Shown here: piece by piece, positions 21,106 to 34,092 of the stretch | How positions within the stretch are numbered: position 1 is the stretch's first letter | Layout: each line of letters begins with the position of its first letter | NCBI GenBank assembly: GCA_021432655.1 | Contig: MU271185.1 | Location: 1 to 64,000, forward strand | DNA from: Atractiella rhizophila | Taxonomy: Eukaryota | Length of the DNA: 64,000 nucleotides | Direction: 5' to 3' | Translations under genes and position numbers: made by a program | The notes under the pieces: model-generated | Seen by the model: the letters and a program-made list of their open reading frames with translations, nothing else | What the model was told of the DNA's origin: nothing | The model's database searches: none

Positions 21106-22999
21106 TCACCACTCCCCACCCTCCCGAACCCAGGTATCTTCATTCTCCTCGCTCACCCCGAACTTTCTCAACGTGCTCCTTCCCTTGCATATCTCGTCCT
21201 CAAGCCACCCTCCAAAGAATAGCTGAACCCTCAACCCGCGTCCTCTTGTCGTCTTCACCTTTTCAGCTCCATCCTCCATATCCCCCTCCTCCTTCACCCC
21301 CCTGTCCCCAAAGAACCAGCAGATGAAGTCTGAGAATACAAACCCTGTGAATTCCCAGTCCACCACACAGTACCGAACATCTATGATGGTTATCGCTTTT
21401 GCATTTGTGAGGGTGTGGAAGAACTGGGGGGCAATGAGGTTCGAAGTTTCCTCACCACCATTGAGGAAGAGTTGGGTGAGATGTTTGAGGTGTGATAGGT
21501 CGAGCGGAGTGGAGAGGATGGAGGTCTTTCCATTGGGTGAGTAGGGAGCGAGTGTGATATCGAGATGTTCGAGGAGAGGCGGCAGACAGGAGCCTGAGAC
21601 GGAGGGAGGCAGGGAGCACAGATTGGAGAGATGTAAATACGTGAGGGTGAGTGGGAGAGAGAGCGATGGGAGAGGCAGGTATGTGTGAAGCGTTAGGATT
21701 TTGAGGTCAGATGACAATTGAAGGCCTGGTGATGTCGACGAGGCAGAGTCCTCCACGTCAAAAGCACGGAAGAATCTGATCCTGCCACCGATCCTCTGCA
21801 TAAAATTCTCAACCTCATCCTTCTTCCACTTTCTCCAACCTTGCCCTCCAAATGTTACCTCATCCAACCTCATCAAGCTTTCAATCGCATGCAACACAAT
21901 CTTCGCCTCCTCTTCACTCCACAATGCATCCATCCACACTGCCTCAACATTCGGCGAGCCAGCGATGACGTCTTTCACCATCTCAATGCTGACATCATCC
22001 TCAAAGCTTCTTTCAATAGCTATGTATGTCCACAAATGCCCGGCATTAGGATAAGCTGTCAAACGAGCATGCAACTCCTTCACAGAAACATGTTCACTCA
22101 AATATGGGACTAAAACAGCCTTCCAGAGCTGACAGACGGCAGAAACTCGCTCGAAGTCAACAAGATATCCAGTACCTTCTATGAGCCCTTCAGATTCATC
22201 CAATGAAAGAAACTCGAAGATGAGTGAGAGGATCTCAGTAGGGAGGTGTGTGATACTGCATAAACTAATACCTGTAGGTCGAGTTGTGGAGAGGGAGAGT
22301 TGGATGGTTGTCCCCAGACCGGTGGATGGGACGGTTGATTCCTCCCATTCGCTGAGAGGAATGAAACGCCGTTGCTCCTTGCAGTATAGGGCAACGGGTT
22401 CAAAGAGGACCTGAGAGCGATTATCTGGAAGATGAAAAGTGCATGTGAAGGGCTTCCGAGACCGAAAAGTGCATGTGAAGGGATTCCGAGACAGGCGCTC
22501 CAATTCCACGGATGCACGACGTTTGGTATCCCCAAAGGCTACTGAAATACTTTGCTTCTCCAACGTGATGCAAAGAATCAGTGCACCGTCAGGTTTGACT
22601 CCATTTTCGATGGCTGCCAGAGAGAAGTAGGATGATTTCGACGGCCCATAATACTTGCTCCAGAATTCAAGAGGCAAGACAAATGTGATCCGGAGAATGT
22701 GAATTGATGGAGGTAGGCGAAAAAGGAAAGAGGGAAGAATGGAGAGGTGGATTGGAGCGCCATGGAACAATGTTACTGGGGTAATGAGATGCGCCAGTGC
22801 GATTGACTCTGTTCCCTGATCATCCTCCCGTGAAATCAATGTTTCCTTCTCAATCCTTCGCAGAGAAGATACGCTGGACTGAAGCCCACGAATTCATGTT
22901 AAACGAGGCAAGGGCAGGGGAAAGATCATATCATGCCTGCAGCACATCAGCGCGTTGTCCAGTCATCATCTCGACGTTCTCGGGGCAATGATCAGACAT
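21106..22999 (-). CDS. F-box / LRR(RNI-like) protein, copy 1
   Basis: ITHLPTEILSLIFEFL...SAVCQLWK F-box motif followed by LxxLxL repeats. Exon 1 22937-22999, GC-AG intron 22879-22936, exon 2 21106-22878, in frame. Confidence 0.85.
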
Positions 23000-25900
23000 C
23001 ACTATTATGAGGATGGAGATCGCAAAACTGTTCGTTGGAGTCGGTGGATTAGGCGACCGTTGCAGTTAAGACAGATCAGGATGGTGTTGGTGGAAGTGGG
23101 AGTCCGGACGATGAAGGCTTTAGTTCTCTAGCACTCGACTACCGGGTAATGCTACAGGAAGTCCTAAAATATGTAAAGAATCCTTTGCAATGCTAGTACC
23201 TAAATTACACTGCAAATCAAACGAGAGCTAGTGCAGAATGCTCTGATATTGAGGCTTCGTTTCGTATTGATTGATTGTGAGAGGAAAGGCTAGATGTGGC
23301 TGGGACAGTTAGGGAGGCAGTTACCTGTCTGGATGACAGAGGAGGCAGAGGAACTACTCGCGAGAACATAGATGACACTTGAGTCACTAGCGGGAGACAA
23401 GAGGGATGGAGGACGGAGGCTCAGGAACACGAGAAGGACCAACCTAGATGTCCACTTGTGGTCCTTGATGCCACACTGCACACTTTGCCCTCCTCTTTCT
23501 CCATCGCCATTTCATTGTTGCCCTCGATGTCATGAAGCAAGCGTCGGCGGAAAAGGTGCCATGAAGTGCAAGCCAGAGTGGGAGAGAAGGTGGGGGATGG
23601 GGTGGGAGAGGGAGTAGGGGGCGGCATGGGACACGGGGGAGGCACAGGATGACGAGGGATGGCGAGGGAATGTGATCACAGGTGCGAGACAAAGCGTGAC
23701 GCGAACCTGCGACATCCCATCTTGACCATGGACCCGTTGTCACTTCTTCCTTCCGCTTTTGCTATCGAACGTTCAACCTCCACTTCGCGTTCAACTTCCG
23801 AGTCACGGGCTTGGTGGAGGCGTGAGGGCCGGTGGAGTGCGATAGGAGGTGGAGTGGGACTGTTAGGAAAGCTGAGCGAGGGACCTAGTATGCATGGCAG
23901 TTAGGACACTTGTAGCTGGAGAGAGGAAGGGAGAAACGAAATACACTGCCAGCTGAAGGAAAGACCCAACGAGGCCACAATGCGAAAAAAGGTGGGGGGT
24001 TGATAGACGGCGAGGTGAAGGGTGAAAGTTGGCGGAGAGGGATGGAGGTAGGGCGAGAGGGTATCGGAGGCGAAAGGAGATGGCGGAGTGGGAGAGACGC
24101 CGGGACGATCTCACGTCTTTCTGCCATCACCAACCGCGTTCCCTCTATTCCCCTCTGTCTACCGTTTCGTTATTGAAATGTCCCCGTGCTATGTATTGAT
24201 ATTAAATTACCAATATGCGAGAAAAGGTAGAAGGGCTCAATGGAGGGGGGGTGGGAAGCTAGGAAATGGTGGAGAACAAGCCGCGGTGGCGAAAGATGGC
24301 GGTGTGCGCTGGGGATTGACGGCGTCGCCGTCCATCACATGCCCCTACTCTTCGCGGTTTGTTTCTGTTGTCTAGTGCGAAGCAAGTTGGTTCGAGGCGA
24401 AGGATGGTGGAAGCGGACTTGAGGGATGGGGTTGGAGAGCGAGGTGAAACGGGAGGGCAACGGTGGGCGACGAGAAAGCTTGGCATGCCTCCCCGATGTC
24501 CAGGTTCAATCCCCGACCATCTGTCGCACTCCGTCCTCTGGTTTGGCGATCCGACCTCCAACTCGGCCCGGCTTTCATTACGGAGGACAGAAAGGCTGCT
24601 GGAGGAGCGAAGGATGATGGATGTCGGCGGGGGTGTAGGGAGAGAGCGATGATGGAGCGAGAGAGGCGAGAGGCGTGGCAAGGGTTACGGGAAAGACGGA
24701 TAGGTCGGATGGAGGTAATGAGACTGGTGCAGGGCGGCGCTTACTGCTTCCCTCTAACTGCCCTCTCGCTTCGTAGCCCGGCAGTGAGCGTAAGTCAGAA
24801 CGCCGGGAGGTCGAGCAGTGCTGAGGAGGGACGCGGTTGCAGAGGGTTGAGGACGATGGTGGACATTGTGACGGGGGGAGCAACCTAATACCTATGTCAG
24901 TAAACGCAAATGCAAAGAGGGAGAGGGAACGGGACGGTACCTCTTCTCTCGTACCTCTCTGCCCCTCCATCTATGTCACACTTCGCCTTCCACTATGCAC
25001 GATTCTGTTGGCAATGCATCTGATTCCCTCCCGTCTTTCCGCTGGTGCGTTCATCACTTGAGCACACCCTCGCTACCGTCTCCTCCCTGCGCCACCCCAC
25101 CCTGTCGAGCCTGCTCTGTCACCAGCTGTCCAAGTATTTCGGTTCGTACCGACTCCGTCACGCGTAGTCTAGGAAAGGTCCATCAGCAAAAGAGGACTTT
25201 GGAGGGTAGCTGCGGTGAAGAGTGCTGTGGAGGAGAGAGAGGATCCGGAGGGGATGACGAAGGAGGCTGGGACAGGAGCGGGACACCAGCACTATCCACA
25301 GTGAAGGAGACCAGCGAGACGCAAGCGAGGTGCGGCATGGGGCTGCATGAAAGAAACGGCTAGCTCAGAGCGAGAAGCGGTAGAGGTCGGGAGACGATGG
25401 AGGACGTTCGGAGATGGTGTACTAGTGACGGCTTGCGGCGGCGTAAGAGATGAAAGGACACTGGTGCTGGTGGTCAGTTTCGGAATCGGATAACGAACCG
25501 AAAACTCATTCGCTTTCGCTTTCACACGTCAAATTCGCGTCGCGTCGCGTTACCAATGCGCAAGATCTCACGAGACACCACTGCAGAATTCACGCAAGTG
25601 CGTCTGTGGTCCCGTCTTCGCTAATGGCAAGATCGCAGGTATCATCTTCAAGAGATGCTGGTCACGAACTGCCAGCGTACTCGTTGCTGGTACGTCGTGT
25701 CTCCACGTCTCCTTCCCGCCTCTCATCCACTTGCTAAAGAAAATGAACATCGTTTGGCACAAAGTCACACACCGCAAGAAGGGAGATCACGTCGCACTTC
25801 AGCCTGGAGAGAGAGAGAGGCTCTTATGACTGTTACGACTGCAAGGCGGGAAGGTATGAGCTATGCCCTTCCATCAAGTTCGCTGCTAGCCCTCCTTTCT

Positions 25901-27717
25901 TCCGTCATTCCTCTTCCTTCCGTTTGCTCTGTGGCACATGTTTGGGTGCTAACTGCATTGGACGGCAGGACGGAACCCTCCACGGGTTCTACGACCTGAG
26001 GCGACTGTAGGACCTCTCCCTCTCCTCTACTCCTCTTCCCAATTGCGACTTATCACGTCTGTGCTGGAAGCGACTGCAAGCTTCAGGATGTGCGTTCAAT
26101 CCCCTTCGCTCCATGGATTATGTTTTGTACGAAACCCACTGGAAAGAGCGTTTTTCTGGAAGAGTCGATGGTTACATCGCTCTCTGTGGCCGTTCAGAGC
26201 TTGGCATGTATCAGTGGATAAAAGCTGGCTTGAATGGCGCCACCTGAGGGTTCGTCTCCCTCCCTCTACTCCTCCTCTATCTGTTAAACAAACAATAATA
26301 ACGTTGTTGTGAAGAGCCGGTCCCGTAGGACTCCTTGCACAGGCAGTCGGGAAGGCGTTGGCGCGCTAGAAGGATAATCGCCGTCGACATTCGTGAGCGG
26401 CAGGCTGGCTTCGCAAACATGTATGTGGGATTGGAGACTTTCACGTCTCCCAAACGTGCGTCCACCTCTGACGTCTCTTCTACATGACTTGTCTCATGCA
26501 TCTCTTTCTGTCTGTGCGTCGTGCCCGTCACTGCCATCTCCACGAAGGAGGTGACCATGAACGTGTCTTTCCTGTCCATCCTCCGTCCTACCGCTTGCAC
26601 CATAACGTTGTTCTGACATTTCTTAGTTCTTGATTTGCTCGATGAATACGAACAGTATGCCATGGGCAAACAATTGATTGGTTCGCTAAGGGCCACGTAC
26701 ACTGCTGAGCCGCTCATCACACATCGCTTCAAGTTCAGGGATGCAATTCGCACCTTTAAGACAATACAAGCTCGCCTCCTCTCTTCCCTTCGCCTTCATG
26801 TCACAAATTTGAAACCTGGCCATGATGCTTCGCTGTAGGACGGGATGGGGATGACGAGATTGAAATCGTCATCGACGGATACGTTAACGAATGAACCTTG
26901 CAGCTCCGTGCATGCAACTCTCAGACTATGAAGGAAATAAGGAACAAAAAGATGGAATATAAACTACCAGAAAGGGTTCATGGAATGGTACCATGGTTAT
27001 ACCACACCTTCGATCTTCGACGACAGCTCCTTCTGTTCTCCTAAGTAGCTCATCTTTGAATGCACGAGTCGTCGTCAAATGTAAGAACAACGCAAGCCTG
27101 ACTCAAACTGTGAATCAGTTTCTTCACAAGGCAATTTTTGGGCGGAACTTGTTGTCTTCGGCACTTTTACAGGGAATCAGAAGAATTGTTTGCATGAGAG
27201 AAGACATCCCGATTACACACAGAGGGTGTCCTCCTCACGAACCCGATTTCTCAAGCCCTGAAACTTGTTCAAGCCATGCAACAATCATCAACAGCAATTC
27301 TACTTCTTCCCATCCATCGTCGTCATTGCCCGTATGTCTCGTTTCCTGATCCCCCAAGAACCGGCACATAAACACTGGGAAACTAACTCACTCATGCGGT
27401 ACGAAATAGTCATGACCTTTACCGCATTGTGTTAATACGGCGCATGGAAAGTCCTGGCGCAGATGGAGTTCTAAGATTGCTCATAACCATAGAGCACGAG
27501 GCGTCGAGTACGAGGGAGGTGACCTTTGTGAGGTGCGGTATGTTGCATAGAGGGGAGAGGGATGGACGGATGACATCGTCCAGATCGAATTCCAGTCCCT
27601 GTCCCTAGTCACCCATTTTCAATGCCGTGTTAGTGTTAGATGTAGAGGGGTACAAACTGTGCAGCTTCCTATCGTGTCTTCTCTAGAACGCGAGTCAAAA
27701 GCCTGAGAATCTCAGTG

Positions 27718-29540
27718 TCACTCTCCACCTTCCCGAACCCATCTAAAGTCGTCATCCTCGCTCACCCCACACTCACTCAACGTGCTCCTAGCCTTGCATA
27801 TCTCTTCCTCAAGCCACCCTCCAAAGAATAGCGCAACCCTCAACCCGCGTCCTCTCGTCGTCTTCACCTTTTCAGCACCATCCACCGTATCCCCCTCCTC
27901 CTTCAACCCCCTGTCCCCAAAGAACCAGCAGATGAAGGCCGAGAATACGAACCCTGTGAACGCCGAGTCCACCACACAGTATCGACCATCTATGATGGTT
28001 ATCGCTTTTGCATTTCTGAGGGTGTGGAAGAACTGGGGGGAAACAAGGTTTGAAGTTTCCTCACCACCGTCGAGGATGAGGTATATGAGATGTTTGAGGT
28101 GTGATAAGTCGAGGGGACTGGGTAGGATGGAGGTCTTTCCATCAGGCGAGTAGGGGGCGAGGGTGATCTTGAGATATTCGAGGAGAGGCGGCAGACAGGT
28201 GCCTGAGATGGAGGGAGGAAGGGGACACAGGTTGGAGAGATGCAACGACGTGAGGGTGAGTGGGAGAGAGAGCGATGGGAGAGGAGGGTATGTGCGAAGG
28301 TCTAGTTGTTTGAGCTCAGTCGATAGTTGAAGCCCTGGTGACGTCGACGAGGCAGAGTCCACCACGTCTTTAGCACGGAACTCTCTGATCCTGCCACCCA
28401 TTCTTCGCGTAAAATTCTCGACCTCATCCTTCTTCCACTTTCTCCAACCTTGCCCTCCAAAAGTTACGTCATCCAACCTCGTCAAGCTTTCAATCGCATG
28501 CAACACAATCTTCGCCTCCTCTTCATTCCACAACGCATCCATCCACACTGCCTCAACATTTGGTGAGCCAGCGATGACGTCTTTCACCATCTCACCGCTG
28601 ATGTCATCGTCCTCACTTCTCAAACGAGAGATATCTCCACAAACGCCCGGCATTAGGATAAGCTGTCAAACGAGCATGCTTCTCCTTTACAGAAACAGCT
28701 TGACTCAAATGTGGGACTGAAACAGCCTTCCAAAGCTGAGAGACGCCAGAAAGTCGCTCGAAGGCGGGATATTTAAATCCGAAGGGAAGAAACTCGAAGA
28801 TGAGTGAGAGGATCTCAGTAGGAAGGTGTGTGATATTGCATAAACTAATACCTGTAGATCGAGTTGTGGAGAGGGACAGTTGGATGGTTGTCCCCAGACC
28901 GGTGGATGGGATGGTTGATTCCTCCCTTTCGCTGAGAGGAATGAAACACTGTTGCTCCTCGGAGTGTCGGGCGACGGGGTCGAAGATGGTCTCAGAGCGG
29001 TTATCTGGAAGATGAAACGTGCATCTAAAGGGCTGCATGTCAAGGTCGTCCATATCCACGGATGCAAGATATTTGGCATCCCCAAAAGTCACCGCAATAG
29101 TTTCCTCCTCCAACGCGATGCAAAGACTCCCTGTACCGTCGGGTTCGACTTCATTTTCGAGACCTGCCAGAGAGAAGTAGGATAATTTTGACGGCCCATA
29201 ATCCCCGCTCCAGAATTCAAGAGGCAAGACAAATGTGATCCGGAGCATGTGAATTGATGGAGGTAGGCGAGAAATGAAAGAGGGAAGAATGGAGAGGTGG
29301 ATTGGAGTGCCATGTCGTAATGTTACTGGGTTGATGAGATGGACCAGTGCGATAGACTCTGTTCCCTGATCATCCTTTGAAATCAATGGTTCCTTCTCAA
29401 TGTTTCCGCGAGATGCACAGGACTGAAGCTCACGAATTCATGTCAGATGAGACGAGAGAAGGGGAAAGATCATATCATGCCTGCAGTGCATCTGCGCGTT
29501 GTCCAACCATCTCAACGTTCTCCGCACAACGATCAGACAT
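27718..29540 (-). pseudogene. F-box / LRR protein, copy 2 (single +1 frameshift at ~28617)
   Basis: Same architecture, intron 29423-29480. Has cctcacttctc where copy 3 has cctcactctc. Confidence 0.8.
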
Positions 29541-30034
29541 CAGGATCGTGAGGATGGAGATGGCAAAACTGTTCGTGGGAGCTGGTGGATTAGGCGACCG
29601 TTGCAATTAAGACAGATTAGGATGGTGTTGGGTGGAAGAAGTCTGCGTCCGGACGTTGAAGGCTTTAGTTCTCTCGCCCTTGACTACCAGATAGTGCCAC
29701 AGGAAATCCTAAAATATGTAAAAGAACTGAAATCTTTTACAATACTAGGACCTAAATTACACTGCAATTCAAACGAAAGCTAAAGCAGTACGCTCTGATA
29801 ATGATGATTCGTTCCCTAATGCTCCGAATGCGAGAGGGAAGGCTACATAAGCCTGGCAGAACTATGATGGGTAGTCGGCAATCAGGCTGGCGGAGGTGGT
29901 AGGGGAGCTCGCTTGCATCTCAGCGAGAACATCGGTGATGTTCGAGTCAGGAGGGAAGGCAGAGGTTTAGGGGCCCGAGAGCTGGGCCAACGCAGACTGT
30001 TTGTTGTGGTCCTTGACTAACCAGTCCCCCTTGG

Positions 30035-30687
30035 TAGGGCTTTGCACTGTCCCATCCGTCGATTTTTGTGCCTGAGACGCACCGTCACTGAACACGGGGA
30101 CTATCTGACAGTGACGGGACTGTGACGGCAAGAAAAGGGGTACAGACGGACGGGTTTGACGGTGAACACGGGTGTTCAACAAAATGTTCCTTGATTCTGT
30201 CCGGCACCACCGGAATATCTCATTCATGCCATGTTCTAGCCGCTAACTACTAATGCCGGCAAGCCTAGGCCTGTTTGGCTGGGCGGAAAGGTGATTTGGT
30301 TGAGCCGGATATGGCCACAAAGGAGCCCGCCCACATAAGGTTAGGTTTGTACTGACCCGGAAGTCCCTTTCTGGCCGTTTCGGGCCATGCAAAGGAATGT
30401 TTGCTCTGCTGCAAACAAGAAAATATGAAATTACGAAAAGCTTGCAGCAAAACACGCAAAAAACCGGTAAAACAGGTTTAAAACTTAAAATTCATATATA
30501 ACACCCGTTGTTCCCCGTCTGACCCGTCATGGAAGCGCATGAGAGGGCTGACGGACGGGTAGCACCCGTCCTTTTATACCGTCCGTCGTCAAAAAATCAA
30601 AGTTGTGACGGTGACGGGACGGGTGGCCAAAAATGCCGTCCGTCCCGGACCCGTCACCCGTCTTGACGGTGACGGTGCAAAGCCCTA
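30035..30687. mobile_element. Non-autonomous hAT-type DNA transposon / MITE (653 bp)
   Basis: TIR tagggctttgcac(t/c)gtc matching 16/17, 8-bp TSD ccccttgg (30027-30034 and 30688-30695), many subterminal GACGG/CCGTC motifs. Absent from the paralogous spacers. Confidence 0.9.
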
Positions 30688-33600
30688 CCCCTTGGGATCC
30701 TCTTTCTCGATGAGCCGTTACATCATCGACCTCTATGTCACGAAGCAAGCGTCTGTCGAAGGTGATCAACGGAGTGTGAGACAGTGTGGAAGAGGATGAG
30801 GTCGAGGAGAGAATAAGACGGCGTCATGGGACACAGGACAGGCATAGGATGGCGAGATGGCGAGGGAGTCCGAACAGAGGTGCGAAGAAAGTGCGACGCT
30901 TCCATCTGACATCCCCTTGTCACATCTGCCCTCCCTGCTATTCGACACTCAACCTCAAGTCCACGTTCGACGTCACTTCCGAGTGCTCATGGCTTGATGC
31001 AGCCCGTGAGGGGCAGTGGAGTGCGAAAGGACGTGGAGTGAGACTAGCAGAAAACGGAGCAATGGACTCTAGTGCGCGTGTCAGTTAGGACACTTGTGGC
31101 AAGGAAAGAGAGGGAGAAAGAAAATATCCTACTAGCAGAAAGAAAAGTCCTAACCAGGCTAGCGTGCGAAAAAGGCAGAGGGGTTGGCGGAATGCGAAAT
31201 GAAAGGCGAACCTTGGCGCAGAGGCTAAGTGCAGCAAAGAGAGATGGCAGAGGTCGAAAAGGAGTAGAAGAGACGCCGGAACGGTCCTTCTCACGTCCTT
31301 TTGGGATCACCCACCGAATTCGTCCCCTCTGTCCACCATTTTCAGCATTTGGGTTAATTTTAGACGCCTATTTTGCGAGAGAAGGTGGAAGGGATTGGTG
31401 GAGGGGGAATAGGCAATATTGGAGGGCAGGAGAATAGGGGAGGCGGCAAAAGACGGCGGCACGAGCGGGGCTGGGCGAATGGGTTGGCAGGGACTTCTCT
31501 CTGAACCCCTTCCGACCCCATCTGAGCCACAGTCCACCTCCTTCGCATCATACCCCCTAACGCTTCACGGTTGACTTGCAATATCTACGGTGACGTAAGT
31601 TGCTTAGAGTCGAGGGATGGCTGAAGCGGGCTTAGGGATGTTAGAGAGCGAGGTGAAACGAGAGGCAACTGTGGGTGAGAGAAGCTTATCATGCCTCTCC
31701 AAGGTCCAGGCTCAACCCGTACCCGCTGTGTCAGCTCCATCCTCTACTTTCGTGATCCGACCTCCAACTCGACCTGGCGTTCATTTTGGAGGACAGAAAG
31801 GTTGCTGGAGGAGCGAAGGATGATGGATGTCGGCCGGTGGCTGGGGAGTGGGGAGAGAAGGATGAAGGAGCGAGAGAAGCGAGAGTCGTGGCAAGGATTA
31901 TGGGAAGTGGGATAGGTCGGATGGAGATATTGAGACTGGTGCAGCGGGGCGGCGCTTCCTGCTTCCTCCTAACTGCCCTCTCGCTTCGTAGCCCGACAGT
32001 GAGGGTAAGTCAGGACGCTGGGAGGTCGAGCAGTGCTGAGGAGGGACAGGCTTGCACAAGGGAGAGGGGCGATGGCTACCAGGGTGACGGGAGAAACCTA
32101 ATACCTATGTCAGTAAACGGAAATGCAAAGAGGGAGACCGTCACCTCTTCTCTCGTACCTCTCTGCTCCCTCCATCTCTGTCATACTTCGCTCTCCAATA
32201 TGCACCATTCTGTGACAATGCATCTTATTCCCTCCGTTCTTCGCGTTATTGTACTCGTCCATTCATCACTTGCCCACGCCCCTGCTACCATCTACCCTCC
32301 CTGCACCTCCCAACCATGTCGAGCCTGCTCTGTCACCAGCTGTCCAAGTATTTCGGTTCGTACCACTTCCATCACCCGCAGTCTAGGAAGGGTCCATCAG
32401 CAATAGGGGACGGTGGGGGATAGCTGTGGTGAAGGAGTACTGAGGAGGAGAGAGGAGCCGGAGGGAGACGAAGGGGACTGAATCAGGAGAGGGACACCAG
32501 CACTATCCACAGTGAAGGAGACCAGCGAGACGCAAGCGAGGTGCGGCATGGGGCTGCATGAAAGAAACGGCTAGCTCAGAGCGAGAAAGCGGGAAGGGCG
32601 GCGGACTCGGAGATCGAGAGACGATGGAGGAAGTCGGAGACCTGCTTGCGGAGGCGGAGGAGTGACACAAAAAGGAGCTGGTCGCATATTCTTGGTGATC
32701 GTAGAAAATCATTCAACAGCATCCCACGATCTACCCAAGACAAAGGCTGATGCGATTTACACCTCCCCGCCGTATTCCCTATTCCCCTATCGCAGTTGAC
32801 ACTTTTAGGCAGACTAGACTAAGGGATGGAGTTGACAGGAATGAGACTGAGAGGAGGCTGATCAACTGTGCCAACTTTGTGTGTTCTCTCAGTTCAAATT
32901 GCCAAGGGAAGCGTTGGTTATACTGCGATATGTTGAGAATGCTGCTGAGAATCTCTCAAGGAAGAGTTGCTGCCGGAGATTTCATGTACGGACTTGCACA
33001 GCTGATCGAAGCTGCAAACATAGCTTCCCGTCCATCTCTCCCATCGCATGGGAGAGGTACCTTCTGCAGCTCCCGTTCATCGTGGGTACACGTCGCTCTC
33101 TACACTTCGTGCATACAGTAGTGTATACTAGATGCCTTCGAGCAGTCCATGTCTTCTTTTCACACGCATGGGATGTTCGATGAAGAAGATTCCCGAGCAG
33201 TTATCCCTAAGATCTCCAGCGAGTTCATGATCACGTTGATGGGAAAAGCATCAAATCGTCATTCCCAGTTCGCAATGGTATATGTCAGTCCTTCGCTCCA
33301 GATGCCAGGCCAAAGCACTAATGAAAGATATTAGCCCGGCAGGGACCCTTACGGCTGCTCTTCTCACTTTCACACTGGACACCTTCCTCATCTGTATAGT
33401 CCGTTCACGGTTATCGAGATGGGTGATTCAATAAATCTCGCTTTCATGACAGTTAAACGAGGGGAAGATGACTGGTCTGTTGGGATTGGGAATATGAAGC
33501 TGAAGCCAGGGGCGTGGTGCGAATGTGCCAACATTTTGGAGCTGCCGGAAGTGGGAGGGGAGAGGGTAGGCAAGGGAGTATGATCCTTGAAATTGTCAGT

Positions 33601-34092
33601 GATGAGGAGCAAGAGTTCTGCTTATGTGGATGGGCATCTTGAGTGTGTTTCTCTCTTGTTTGCGTCTGGTGAACACTGATAGAACAAAGCTACACGATAT
33701 TTAGGCTCCTCAATAACTCCACACTGGGACGGTACTGAACTTGAAGAGTTCACCATCACTGCTACGGCGTTGTGGACCAGCCCACTGAGACCATTCGAAC
33801 GTAGATCAAGGTGAGTAACTTCCATTCGTCCCAGCCTATGCTAGACGATGACAGGTGGTGCGATCCCTCCCCTCTCCCCAGAACCAGCAAGAAGCATACT
33901 TCTGCTCCTTCAAAACTTGCACAACAGCAACATCCTCTGGTGCCGTTTCTCCTCCTGTGGCTCCAAACCCTTCTGTCGTTCCTCCAGCTGCAACCCCAGT
34001 CAGCATCGACTCTCCCAACTGATGCGGCTATCTCACCAGCACCATCTCCTGTGCCAGCATCTGCGCCGGCTGGCCCAGATCTCACTGTCCCA

